Positions 38,901-46,438 of a DNA stretch of 64,000 nucleotides are shown in pieces. Within the stretch, counting starts at the first letter, position 1. The number at the start of each line of letters is the position of its first letter. Under the pieces are notes generated by a model. That model was not told the origin of the DNA, did no database searches, and was given only the letters and a program-made list of their open reading frames with translations. Position numbers and translations under genes: made by a program. Location: positions 1,952 to 65,951 of IMG/VR virus record IMGVR_UViG_3300027836_000011. One strand, 5' to 3'. The stretch comes from a virus.

Positions 38901-39057
38901 CACCTAGATCTCCATCAGTAGAATTATTTGCAGCATTACGCGCATGCCACCAACTTTCTTTTGGTTCCATTGACTGCGTAATATCTTTATTCATTCCTTT
39001 TATGAATGAATTAGTATTTACAGAAGATGTTCCTGGATTTTCATTTTGCTGTGCCAT
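32947..39057 (-). CDS. Tail stabilisation/muzzle protein (P22 gp10-like, crAss-type; 2036 aa) with an inserted VWA domain
   Basis: N-terminus NSFIKGMNKD...ARNA...GNEPSN and C-terminal WSYDPKAKAWISFHDW are typical of this family as recalled. It follows the ring genes. VWA MIDAS motif DIVIAMDTSGS at 34456-34470. TAATG stop/start overlap with the next gene. Confidence 0.72.
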   Translation of the reverse strand: MAQQNENPGTSSVNTNSFIKGMNKDITQSMEPKESWWHARNAANNSTDGDLGVIGNEPSNLQCGVIPYTIIGAIHRYGDQWVVFSTDDVNSEIGRFDDSQCKYEVIVNDPCLNFNRKYLITGAAKENFDCTWQTYWDDGNNPSRSLNIDKVPWIQTVTSAVGDPCITYADTTQLNCEKIRLAPLLDTPCVDLSKSIDGGMLQNGAYQAFIAYTENEQKVTDYIGVSNIQTLWSHAGTGGSLNVKVTNLDKDFDYYELVLLVRNQGQVYAKRIGLYSTQQEDINIDYIDDALVAISLKTIPQRSPAYEKSNAMYVVNDWLIRQGPVSQFDFNYQPIANDIKVNWVANQIDSTYYHLGGNKMGFMRDEQYAFFIRWIYNTGERSSSYHIPGRAPEPFTTPSGTYLENDVIYGDNVLDVAGDPLFKVYNTGNITAQNLTEVQADGSLVIARGKMGYWESTERYPANRPDIWGDLCGKPIRHHKFPTEEVGGANSPLHISTTQGDLINILGVEFTNIGRPKNNDGTYITNIVGYEILRGTRAGAKSILAKGLFRNMRKYTIPNAENLIGGSVQGLYPNYPYNDLRPDVYFHDGNANSIHRTEGCDNYSISIGSYRPLGSAPAIAGEPSGYSRNVFTFSSPDLMFTKPFLNAYETRLYGQVSGNSSGYFKASEDHPQFKLLRNGAAIIASIIGVGYAIHKMLGTRTKTVDGAKANMTSASATGAWLGKSSGYLNSPGVAQAAYSVAVAAAANVGTVGQIALNTLLNNAAGLADLYVGGAATYALDMANAVIQTNAGNAPGMLGGTINNAQSNDSSESSLPLIVRAFVSFTMSRTNIAIGGNEILELIYNLINKSDFAFKYNSYGFFNSFTKINTGLFRIKNTDSNYLGQSFQSFDNGSYKINNLFRPSTVAVSLDKPITEPTVIDVSRFTIGGDVNANGTVNVYSDDYLTNPSTKQKRTISAYYGALKFNFDNQYGQLDGIKQIQMRGCVEYLDPTKPMAFKYSSSAIFNGDIFITRYTEKVIMPIFAQYLLGQPDEFTYDYSQHVNIPYPRFWLNSQKFDMSTLAGEIASLSLTSSSQLDAVFPSDLFYLDRGSNSCATGLSAIFGASGDPNPKFAMRYAYMYTHVNGILDFFVESEVNLANRDWEDRADARIYDVYGYNDIDELFHAQIEKKDNFYKYDESLSPSKFVTQLSSFGEIQPRYYDPYVAENCYVSYPKRLIYSLQAQEESKKDFWRVFLPLNYKDFINEVSVIKPINKSGAIIFFPYLSPQMFQGLDTLQTQLDTKLTIGDGGLFSQPFQNIVNSDISNEYGSCESLRSVMNTPVGLFFISQAQGKIFHFTGQTLDPISNAGMKWWFNKYLPSQLVKQFPQLEDSPLSDNPVVGVGCQTIYDPNDDVVYFMKKDYRVKAQYIANVTYSEKRGFALLESPITLGDPVYFDDCSWTVSYDPKAKAWISFHDWHPEFALPSINHFFTTKTMATTIPQCPPGYNFNSTNGLCERSININEPAFVTVDQINSVVNGGPVNCLIDIVIAMDTSGSTNSGGRRQAQLAWLNAFLSDSNITTPMAAGTMQIGFTSWSGNNINYNIPNPAGGTWSMSNTVTPAQAAAWYNGNWIGGGTNVSLGMTSGQTLLNNKAASQLGNRSTQPFFRQIIILVTDTTSDPGNIGCPFQGTGVSPSASGPTNQRVYALFCGANTAIPSGNVLGNISCTPGPVNVDGFQFGINAAVPATFAAVATAIAGSVCSVPFVCTCAPGYTKVFFNTATSLYTSPTGTCNNITPPVCRKVSCACPTSPPGSVTTTTGNCDDVYLLGDPTYVNPNPQICNFYKYESTPANYKVGSFWRHNVRCDSFANFYGVDYPWEVELVSNTGQMVNTVRSMEYQLETYVYKGDMGYACNDDRWEDLNFNFDQSIIYNNEQVSGLLQLTPTPYNNPILELSYPIVNLNNINILCSKVEQKYRFNQFYDITNDRGEFTNVEQSIWDTQPNGYIKVLNTTNLNYNKAPLQHKKFRHYYNNVILRRVKSENRKMLLRLNNTKLLLSMR

Positions 39058-39075
39058 AGTTATTTAATTCTTTTA

Positions 39076-40017
39076 TTAATGTGTAGGATTGTTAATACTA
39101 CTGGATGTATTAATTCCTTTATGAAGTCTTGGATTATAAGGAGCATGACTCATGAACATATTATAATAATTATGATATTGAGCTCTTCTATTCATAACAA
39201 AGACTTTTTGCATTTCAGCAAAATCTGGTGTATTTACAAATGACAATGCATTATTTCTTGCAGGTCTTAAACGTGCTTCAACCAATTGCAATTGAGGAGA
39301 CATTTGTTCACCTTGCCAAATCATATTCTCTAATATTCTTTGTTTCAATGCATATTCATAATACTCATTACAAAGAGGTTGATCAAGAACTAATAAATCT
39401 CCATCAGGTGATTCCATGGCTCCTTGATAACTTATATAAACTCTACCACTAGTAAAATTAGTAATTAAAAAACCATCAACTATTTGTGCAATGTCTGGAG
39501 CTTGTGCTGCCAAATCAGGACAAAAACAACTCTTCTGATTTATATCTTGAATTTTTAATTCAGTCCAAGTACTATAAGTTCTATATTGATTTGGAGAAAT
39601 CCTTTGAACTAACTGATAGCTATTTTTATCTTCACATGTTTTAACTACACATACATCAGCACACCCTTCTCCTGTACTACATGCTGCAACTTCTCCAGGT
39701 GCTGGTACATAAGGTACATCATTGAATGTTTCAACATGTGTACCAGAAGGCATTGTTGCATTAACATGATATTCACCACAAAGAAATGCATAATTAATAT
39801 ATGCAAAATCTCTAGGTAATTGAGCTCTACCATGCTCTACATCAATTATAGTTTCTTTAGTTCTATGTATTTTTAAACCAAGTTCATAATTAATTCTAGT
39901 AGCAACTTTAATTAATTGCTGTGGTTCAATCATTCCTTCTAATGAATAGGTTGTAAAGTCAACCGCAACATCTTCATATAATTGACTGAATGTTCTATAT
40001 TTATGTGATACGCTCAT
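39076..40017 (-). CDS. Tail ring/tubular protein (P22 gp4-like, crAss-type; 313 aa)
   Basis: Directly upstream of the muzzle gene. C-terminal GRVYISYQG...DGDLLVLDQP...YYEYALKQRILEN pattern recalled from crAss-like ring proteins. Confidence 0.6.
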   Translation of the reverse strand: MSVSHKYRTFSQLYEDVAVDFTTYSLEGMIEPQQLIKVATRINYELGLKIHRTKETIIDVEHGRAQLPRDFAYINYAFLCGEYHVNATMPSGTHVETFNDVPYVPAPGEVAACSTGEGCADVCVVKTCEDKNSYQLVQRISPNQYRTYSTWTELKIQDINQKSCFCPDLAAQAPDIAQIVDGFLITNFTSGRVYISYQGAMESPDGDLLVLDQPLCNEYYEYALKQRILENMIWQGEQMSPQLQLVEARLRPARNNALSFVNTPDFAEMQKVFVMNRRAQYHNYYNMFMSHAPYNPRLHKGINTSSSINNPTH

Positions 40018-40694
40018 TATCTATTTATGTTTTGTTTATTATCAGAATCTTCACTTGGTACCTTCATTGTATTCATCATAATATTTATGATTTGAGATTC
40101 AATTTCTGCAAACATTGCTTCAGGTATATACATTGGTTGTTTATATCTAGGAGTACAATCATCTTTTTCATCACAATTCCATTTTGTAATATCATCATTA
40201 TATACACCTTCAACTTTAATGGCATCCCATTCAATATTAGGTGAATAAATATATCCATCCAACCACCAAAAATATTTTGTTCTGTTGTATTTAAAAGATG
40301 TTGTTTTAGTCATGGATGTATATGTTCCAGGATATGTTGCTTGAAGTTCTTGTGAACCATCTATTGAAGTTACAGTACGTATAAGTGGACCCCAATAACC
40401 TTCAATCATAGAAGGTAATCTTAGTTTTGTACGTTTGATTGTACATCCACTAGTTATTCCAGAACAGCCTGCTTCTACTTTATCAACATCAATTAATTCT
40501 ACATATGGAAGTGCTTTCCATACTGAATTAAATTTCATCAATTTATTTAATGAGTCTTGTCTTCTCATTAAAACTTGAGCAAACTTTTCTATTAAACTGT
40601 AGATGTATCTGTCTGTTACAAAAGAATCTTGGACTTCAGCTTTAACCTGTCCTCTTATTCTTGATATTGCCTCTCCTATTATTATCTGTGACAT
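40017..40694 (-). CDS. Putative tail ring/adaptor protein (225 aa)
   Basis: Sits between the HU-like gene and the 313-aa ring gene, with a TAATG overlap. Ends KYNRTKYFWWLDGYIY...VEGVY...IPEAMFAEI...VPSEDSDN, a ring-protein-like pattern. Confidence 0.55.
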   Translation of the reverse strand: MSQIIIGEAISRIRGQVKAEVQDSFVTDRYIYSLIEKFAQVLMRRQDSLNKLMKFNSVWKALPYVELIDVDKVEAGCSGITSGCTIKRTKLRLPSMIEGYWGPLIRTVTSIDGSQELQATYPGTYTSMTKTTSFKYNRTKYFWWLDGYIYSPNIEWDAIKVEGVYNDDITKWNCDEKDDCTPRYKQPMYIPEAMFAEIESQIINIMMNTMKVPSEDSDNKQNINR

Positions 40695-40699
40695 TTTCT

Positions 40700-41266
40700 T
40701 TATGTTTCAAATTCATTATAAAATTCTAATTCTTTTTTGGTTTCTTCTGTATTTACATCATATAAATGAGCAACTCTATATTTGTTTTTCATAACCACAT
40801 ACTTAGTCCAATTCTCAGGATAAGTTTTAGCTACTGCTCTTTTAAATTCTCTGCATGCTACAAATCCCCATAACTCTCTATTTTTAAATCTATACTTTGT
40901 TGACCAGTTGGTATAAAATATCTTTCCTAAATTACCATCAGTTTCCCAATTTTTGTTTTGCAAGACTTTACCATATTGTTGAGATAATGCATAATTTGTA
41001 TTTACCGTTTTAGAAGAAGGACATGTTCCAATAAACAAGTATCCTAATGAATCAGGTAATTCTACACCATCTCTATTTTTTATTACTGCTTGCCATAAAT
41101 TTATATTATAAAGCTTTATTATCTTTTTTAATTTATCATTATCTATACTAGAATATAAAGGTTTTTTTTCTTTAAACTCTTTTATTGTTTCCTCATTTAA
41201 TATGCCCAATCTTTTTTCTCTGTATCTTGCTGCTTTTAAATCTGGTTTTTTAAAATTATTAATCAT
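40700..41266 (-). CDS. HU/IHF-like DNA-binding protein (crAss-like tail-module gene)
   Basis: Basic 188-aa protein with helix-helix then GVELPDSLGYLFIG and F..CREFKRAVAK. Its position matches the IHF-like gene of crAss-like phages. Confidence 0.55.
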   Translation of the reverse strand: MINNFKKPDLKAARYREKRLGILNEETIKEFKEKKPLYSSIDNDKLKKIIKLYNINLWQAVIKNRDGVELPDSLGYLFIGTCPSSKTVNTNYALSQQYGKVLQNKNWETDGNLGKIFYTNWSTKYRFKNRELWGFVACREFKRAVAKTYPENWTKYVVMKNKYRVAHLYDVNTEETKKELEFYNEFET

Positions 41267-41277
41267 ATGGTTATATT

Positions 41278-41287
41278 TATAATTTAC
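41278..41287 (-). promoter_or_regulatory. Putative late promoter motif GTAAATTATA
   Basis: Variant of the recurring KTATATTATA motif. It follows the terminator U-tract directly and lies 11 nt upstream of the HU-like ATG. Confidence 0.35.
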
Positions 41288-41323
41288 AAAAAAAAGACCA
41301 CTTAATGAAATTTAAGTTGCCTC
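41288..41323 (-). terminator. Intrinsic terminator after the phosphoesterase gene
   Basis: The minus strand reads GAGGCAACTTAA-ATTTCA-TTAAGTGGTC-TTTTTTTT: an imperfect stem followed by 8 T. Confidence 0.7.
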
Positions 41324-41324
41324 T

Positions 41325-42530
41325 TTATATTGATTGATGAGTTAATTCACATATATTCCCTAAAAGTGGATCCTGTAGTTCAAGTTTTCCTGATCTTCTG
41401 TTGCCAACATACTTATTACTATAATGATAGTAATCTGTTTTTCCTAAACTAGGAAGTGTCTTTTCTATAAATCCTGCTGTCTCATTAGATGTCATATATT
41501 CCACTTTTCTATCAGTATGGATATGACCCTTATACAAAGTTCTATTTGTAGTAACACCCCATTCTTTTGGATATTCTGATGCATATATTAATGGATTGTT
41601 CTTACTGGTTTTATCACCGTGTTCAAATGCATTAAAGTTATTATGCCATACATGCACTTTTCTTTCTTCATACTTTATATCCCATACTATATCTCCTTCA
41701 TTATAAATAGATTTAGATAAGGCATGTACCAAATGGTGTGAGGATAATCTATCATGATTACCGGGTACATACACAACTACAAGTTTTTCACAGTATTGTT
41801 TGATATAACCTATAGCCCAATGCATTGCATCAAAGGCTTGCATGTAAGCATCTGTTGCAGACATACAATTATCAACAGGCGTTCCACTTGTTGTTGTGCC
41901 AGCAAAAGTATCCATATTGATTAAGTCTCCTCCAACAACAAAATATAATACTTTAATATTATGTGAGGCAGAACCTTTAGCTAATAAGTTTTTAATGGTA
42001 TCTTCAAAATCTTTATCAATAGTTTCATTTCCTTGTTTTCCAAAATGTATGTCTTGTAAAGATATTATTCCACATACATCTTCTTTATCAGAACTATAGA
42101 ATTTATTTGTAGTAGGTATTTTGTAAACCTTTGGTTTCCAATTGTTTAACAAATGTAATAGTAAATCTTCCTTTGTATTTTCTTTAATTTTAGATATTAA
42201 AGCTGAAACTCTCCAATGGTCTCCCATTTGTTTATTCCAATATTGTGATAGCTTCCAAACTTTTGTATCAATTTTCAAAAGTTTAATTATCTCTTCTGCA
42301 GTTTTTGGTTCATAGGTAAAAGAACCTGAAATTGTTGATTGACCTTTTTCTAAATCTACTGATTCTGTTATCTTTGAATCCTGTTTTGTATTAACTTTTT
42401 TAAATTTATTTAGAATTTGACCTTTAACTTTTATGTATTCTTCTTCTGATATACCTAATCTTGACGCGCAATAAGCTGGTGATTTTTTCCATTTTAATGA
42501 CTCAAGTATTTTATTTTTTAAATAACTCAT
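41325..42530 (-). CDS. Calcineurin-like metallophosphoesterase (401 aa) with a possible N-terminal HTH
   Basis: Ordered motifs QDIHFG, VGGDL, VPGNHD, FEHGD and KGHIH. The N-terminus KKSPAYCASRLGISEE looks HTH-like. Confidence 0.8.
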   Translation of the reverse strand: MSYLKNKILESLKWKKSPAYCASRLGISEEEYIKVKGQILNKFKKVNTKQDSKITESVDLEKGQSTISGSFTYEPKTAEEIIKLLKIDTKVWKLSQYWNKQMGDHWRVSALISKIKENTKEDLLLHLLNNWKPKVYKIPTTNKFYSSDKEDVCGIISLQDIHFGKQGNETIDKDFEDTIKNLLAKGSASHNIKVLYFVVGGDLINMDTFAGTTTSGTPVDNCMSATDAYMQAFDAMHWAIGYIKQYCEKLVVVYVPGNHDRLSSHHLVHALSKSIYNEGDIVWDIKYEERKVHVWHNNFNAFEHGDKTSKNNPLIYASEYPKEWGVTTNRTLYKGHIHTDRKVEYMTSNETAGFIEKTLPSLGKTDYYHYSNKYVGNRRSGKLELQDPLLGNICELTHQSI

Positions 42531-42554
42531 AGAATCTTTTTTAAAATTAATTAT

Positions 42555-42563
42555 GTAAATGTA
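42555..42563 (-). promoter_or_regulatory. Putative promoter element TACATTTAC for the phosphoesterase gene
   Basis: Lies between the upstream terminator and the ATG. Identical to the 9-mer at 21503-21511. Confidence 0.35.
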
Positions 42564-42594
42564 AAATTTTTTTTATAATATTAGAGGTTTATTT

Positions 42595-42626
42595 AAAAAA
42601 AAAAGAGACTGAGTTACCCCAGCCTC
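42595..42626 (-). terminator. Strong intrinsic terminator
   Basis: Minus strand GAGGCTGGG-GTAA-CTCAGTCTC followed by 10 T: a 9-bp stem with two G-U pairs and a GNRA loop. Confidence 0.85.
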
Positions 42627-42682
42627 TTTCAACTCCTGTGACAGAAAACCAACAAACTATCACTCTTGTTGTTTTTTTAATC

Positions 42683-43243
42683 TTATACTGCTAGTGTAGA
42701 AAATAAAATTTCTATTGGCTCACATGATCCTGAATTACCAGCATCAACCACTTTTACTTTATATGCTGTACTAGCTAAAAGGTTTGTTATTGTATAATTA
42801 AATATTGTTGTTACTATAGGTGTTGGATTAGCTAAAATCCATGCACCAGGAGCAATCTGTGTATTATAATAAATGTTAACTCCGGTGCTTCCGCTCCAAG
42901 TACCATTCCATAATACTGATGCTGTACTGCTTGTGATAATACCTGCATATACATTGAATGGATCATGTTGTACATCATTAGAAGTACATGCACCCAAACC
43001 ATTTGATAATATCATAGCAAATTTTTGTATAATAGAATCAAGTCTTTCACCTTTAGATATTTGCAATAATGATCCTGGGTTACCTATTTGAAAAGAAGTT
43101 CCACAATAGCTAACACATTCTGCACATTGTACATCATCACATCTTTCACTACCAACACTACAGTCAGTATATGTACATGGGTTTGTTAATGCTGTATCAG
43201 CACAACCACATTTACTACTACATTTTGAACAATTACATGCCAT
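42683..43243 (-). CDS. Cys-rich putative structural protein with a C-terminal fibronectin type III-like domain (186 aa)
   Basis: 11 Cys in the first 47 aa. C-terminal ITSSTASVLW...YTITNLLASTAYKVKV fits an FN3 pattern. Confidence 0.5.
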   Translation of the reverse strand: MACNCSKCSSKCGCADTALTNPCTYTDCSVGSERCDDVQCAECVSYCGTSFQIGNPGSLLQISKGERLDSIIQKFAMILSNGLGACTSNDVQHDPFNVYAGIITSSTASVLWNGTWSGSTGVNIYYNTQIAPGAWILANPTPIVTTIFNYTITNLLASTAYKVKVVDAGNSGSCEPIEILFSTLAV

Positions 43244-43255
43244 CTTTATATTTTA

Positions 43256-45514
43256 TTAAGGTTGAGCACAACCATTAGTAATTAATGAATTTACAGTTGC
43301 TGTTGAATAAGATGCATTCCATGCACCATTAGTTGTTGTTGCAAATGTTCTCCAAGGATAAACCACATTTCCAGCAGAAACTGTATAAGTAGCATTAACA
43401 CCTGCACCTAATACAAAACATTTGATACCTTCTAATAAACAAGTTTGAGCTAAAGAGTTTAATCTTGTTATATCAGTAGCCGTAAAGTTATCATCATCTC
43501 CACTAGGTAAAACATCTGTGTAAATCAATAAATATCTTGCAACATTAGCTCTAAATGCTCCAGCAAATTGTAATGATTCTACAACAAATCCAATTGCCAT
43601 ATCTGTAGGTTCTGGTGTACCACCACCTTCACCTAATGGCCAATATACAGGAGCAGGTCCACCGGCAGCATCTGGACCATTATCAATTTTATTTAATTGA
43701 GCTGTAAATGATGTATTATTATTTGTTGCAAATTTCTCTACTGCAGTAATATATTGCCATCTACTAGCCCCTGTATTTATAACTCTTTGATCAGCAGGTA
43801 ATGCTACATAATCATTTGAAGTAAGATACGTAGGTGTAGCATCATAACCTTCATCTGCTAAAACTAAAGCTAATCTATAATCATTAGCTCCAGATGCTGA
43901 TTGTATTGTAGTTATTGTAGATGGTATACCGGCTTTGATTGTATCAATTGTTCCACTCATACTACCTGTAAAGTCTACTAAAAATACAACATCTAATCCA
44001 TTACTACATGGAGCAGCTGCTGTTTCTGTATCAAATGCTACTGTTGCTGTACATACTTTAGTTACTCCACCTACTTGAATAGTTATTCTAGTAGTATAAT
44101 TTGTACCTGCAACTAAACCTGTAAAGGCATGTGTAACTGTAGGTCCAGGAGAATTTTGTGTAAATGTACCCGCAACAACACTTGTTGTTGTATTAAGAAT
44201 ATCTATAATATAAACTGGTGTTACACCCAACATATTTGAAAATGTAACTGTAGCTCCTGTAGTTGTAATTGAACTTATCACTGGTAATGGGCATGGTATA
44301 ACTCCGTCAACTGATTTAACTATTGTATCATTACAAGTATCTCTGCCATCTGTAACACAGAAGGCAACACTTGTAGTTAATCCACCATATGTATTTAAAC
44401 CTGGTAAAGATATAGTAACTCCTGATGCTGAATTTTGTAAAGATGAAACACTTACGGTACTTGTTACTGAAACGTTTAAACTATCTGTAATAGTAATAAT
44501 TGTACTACCAGCACAATCATTAAATGTTGCAGGTATAACAGAACCATTTCCTGTTGTATTTTGAAAATTAAAATTAAGACCTGCTATAGTACCTTCACCA
44601 CTTAATACATTTGATGTATTATATCCAAAGGTTACGTTTTCACAACCTGAAGGACAGCAGTTAGTTTGAATACTTGAAACAGCTTCATACATATCACATA
44701 ACACAGCCCATATATTTTGTGTGCTTTGTGCTAAATTTATTGGAGTATTATTCCATCCTGGTATTGAACCATATGATACTGAAGGATCAGCTAATGTAGT
44801 TGTAGTTGATAATATGCAAGAACCTTGACTAATAGCAGCATTAATTGCAGCAGGTAAACCTACTGCTGTTTCTAAAGCGCAAAATCTTGCTTCTAAAGCA
44901 AGTAGTAAAACAGACACATCTGTTAATTGACCAACATTAATTATACATGTTGGAACAACTTGTGTTTCTGCTGCAGCACCTGAACATGGTAATACACATG
45001 CTTCTAGTACTGATATTCTAGTATTATAATTAGTTAATGTTGTTTCAATATAAACTATTGCAACAAGTATATCACAAACTTTATTTGCTATTAAAAGAGT
45101 AAAGTCATCTAAACGTAATTGTGTAACTGGATTTCCTGATGGGTCATTATAAACCAAACATGCAGGTAAAGTCATTACGGGAAGATTCTGTTTAATGTAT
45201 GTTGCACTAGGATCTGATGGTCCATTATCTGCACATATTGCATTAATCATTTCCTGTAAAACAGGAACTAACGTAGTAGGTGTAGTACCTGGTATATTAA
45301 GACAAGTCATGTCTAATCCAGTTAAATTAGGATTAGCGGTTACACCTTCCTCAATTAATGAACATACCAGTTCAGCTAACTTAGCAGTTACATCACTAAT
45401 TGTATCTCCATTACAAAGATTTATACAACTGATATCTGGACCCTGCCAAATGACACAATTGGATGAAATGCTATCACAGCCGTTTGTAGTATTGCTTGAA
45501 TTTGTTGGTATCAT
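43256..45514 (-). CDS. Cys-rich putative structural protein with coiled coil, FN3-like and C-terminal VWA domains (752 aa)
   Basis: N-terminal CDSISSNCVIWQG...C repeats; FN3-like ITTTGATVTF...FTGLVAGTNYTTRI (~44060-44290); VWA DVVFLVDFTGSM (43961-43975) and LIYTD. Confidence 0.6.
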   Translation of the reverse strand: MIPTNSSNTTNGCDSISSNCVIWQGPDISCINLCNGDTISDVTAKLAELVCSLIEEGVTANPNLTGLDMTCLNIPGTTPTTLVPVLQEMINAICADNGPSDPSATYIKQNLPVMTLPACLVYNDPSGNPVTQLRLDDFTLLIANKVCDILVAIVYIETTLTNYNTRISVLEACVLPCSGAAAETQVVPTCIINVGQLTDVSVLLLALEARFCALETAVGLPAAINAAISQGSCILSTTTTLADPSVSYGSIPGWNNTPINLAQSTQNIWAVLCDMYEAVSSIQTNCCPSGCENVTFGYNTSNVLSGEGTIAGLNFNFQNTTGNGSVIPATFNDCAGSTIITITDSLNVSVTSTVSVSSLQNSASGVTISLPGLNTYGGLTTSVAFCVTDGRDTCNDTIVKSVDGVIPCPLPVISSITTTGATVTFSNMLGVTPVYIIDILNTTTSVVAGTFTQNSPGPTVTHAFTGLVAGTNYTTRITIQVGGVTKVCTATVAFDTETAAAPCSNGLDVVFLVDFTGSMSGTIDTIKAGIPSTITTIQSASGANDYRLALVLADEGYDATPTYLTSNDYVALPADQRVINTGASRWQYITAVEKFATNNNTSFTAQLNKIDNGPDAAGGPAPVYWPLGEGGGTPEPTDMAIGFVVESLQFAGAFRANVARYLLIYTDVLPSGDDDNFTATDITRLNSLAQTCLLEGIKCFVLGAGVNATYTVSAGNVVYPWRTFATTTNGAWNASYSTATVNSLITNGCAQP

Positions 45515-45562
45515 AAATATTTTTTTTACTATAATGTAATAGTTTGTTGTGCTCTATACAAT

Positions 45563-45619
45563 TATAATATACAAAAAATTTTATAACCAAACAAGAAAAG
45601 TTCAGTTATAAAATTTTTT
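45563..45619 (-). promoter_or_regulatory. Putative late promoter GTATATTATA abutting a 15-bp perfect inverted repeat
   Basis: Motif at 45563-45572. Arms AAAAAATTTTATAAC (45573-45587) and GTTATAAAATTTTTT (45605-45619), with a 17-nt spacer. Confidence 0.5.
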
Positions 45620-45643
45620 ATAAAATATTTATGTATATAGGAC

Positions 45644-45928
45644 TTATCCTAATGGATTAGCAGAAGGATCAATTGGAGAAATAGTTCCGTCAGCTAAATT
45701 TACATTTACTTGACCATACTTATCTTCCAATGATTTTGCAATAACATCCCATTCTGCTTTTACTTGAGAGTAATGAGCAATCATAGATTGTTTTGCTAAT
45801 TCAGCATTACCTAAGTTTAAAGTAACATTGTTAATTCTTTGCTGAACATCAACTAGGTTTTCTAGTTCTTCTACTGTAAGCTTAATTACTTCAGTATTTT
45901 CTGCTTGTGGTAATTTTGTCTTTGCCAT
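45644..45928 (-). CDS. Small coiled-coil protein, probable tail-fibre assembly chaperone (94 aa)
   Basis: Helical heptad pattern ending SLEDKYGQVNVNLADGTI, in the tail-fibre cassette. Confidence 0.45.
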   Translation of the reverse strand: MAKTKLPQAENTEVIKLTVEELENLVDVQQRINNVTLNLGNAELAKQSMIAHYSQVKAEWDVIAKSLEDKYGQVNVNLADGTISPIDPSANPLG

Positions 45929-45954
45929 TTTTATTGGTTTTTTAAATTGTTTTA

Positions 45955-45984
45955 CAAATATATAACTTATTTACTATTTCCAAA
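45955..45984 (-). promoter_or_regulatory. Bacteroidota-type sigma70 promoter (-33 TTTG / -7 TATATTTG)
   Basis: Minus strand TTTG (45981-45984), an 18-nt spacer, then TATATTTG (45955-45962), upstream of the 94-aa gene. Confidence 0.5.
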
Positions 45985-46423
45985 ATGATTTATCAATTAT
46001 TTTATTTCCATTAAAATTTTGAATAACCATATTTTTCATTACATCAATATGTCTTTGAGATACTTTGCTTATAATATAATCTATAATATCTTGTTTTGTT
46101 AAAGTGTTATAGTCACTTGTTTCTACTTTATTAGGAGTATCTGGAGTTTTAGATATTAGTACTGTACCACTTACACTATGTGTTTGATCAATAAGAGCAC
46201 CTGTAAATTCATAGGTTATTTGAGAAATAACATTAGTTAGGTTATTGATTTCAATACTTTCAATATCCCAGCTATAATTAATCTCAATAATTGGTTCCTC
46301 TATAAATACAGGTTTCACAATCTTACTTATTGTTTTAACTTTCTTAACGGGAGTTTTAACAACAGGTTTCTTTTCTAACACTTCTTTTTTTACAGAAGTT
46401 TTCTTAACAGTTGATTTTCTCAT
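45974..46423 (-). CDS. Tail-fibre-associated small protein (149 aa), probable paralog of 47005-47325
   Basis: Lys-rich N-terminus, then YSWDIESI...V.S.I.YEFTG...DYNTLTKQDIIDYI, parallel to YTWFIASL...VVYKVNWKYSA...PYDQLTKEQIISWL. Ends TAG then an in-frame TAA. Confidence 0.45.
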   Translation of the reverse strand: MRKSTVKKTSVKKEVLEKKPVVKTPVKKVKTISKIVKPVFIEEPIIEINYSWDIESIEINNLTNVISQITYEFTGALIDQTHSVSGTVLISKTPDTPNKVETSDYNTLTKQDIIDYIISKVSQRHIDVMKNMVIQNFNGNKIIDKSFWK

Positions 46424-46438
46424 AATTTTATTATTTTA

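Noticed and set aside
33600-45514. Eukaryotic or giant-virus origin suggested by the VWA/EGF/FN3 domains
   Set aside because: The context is a tailed-phage portal-MCP-tail operon with bacterial intrinsic terminators and TAATG gene overlaps.
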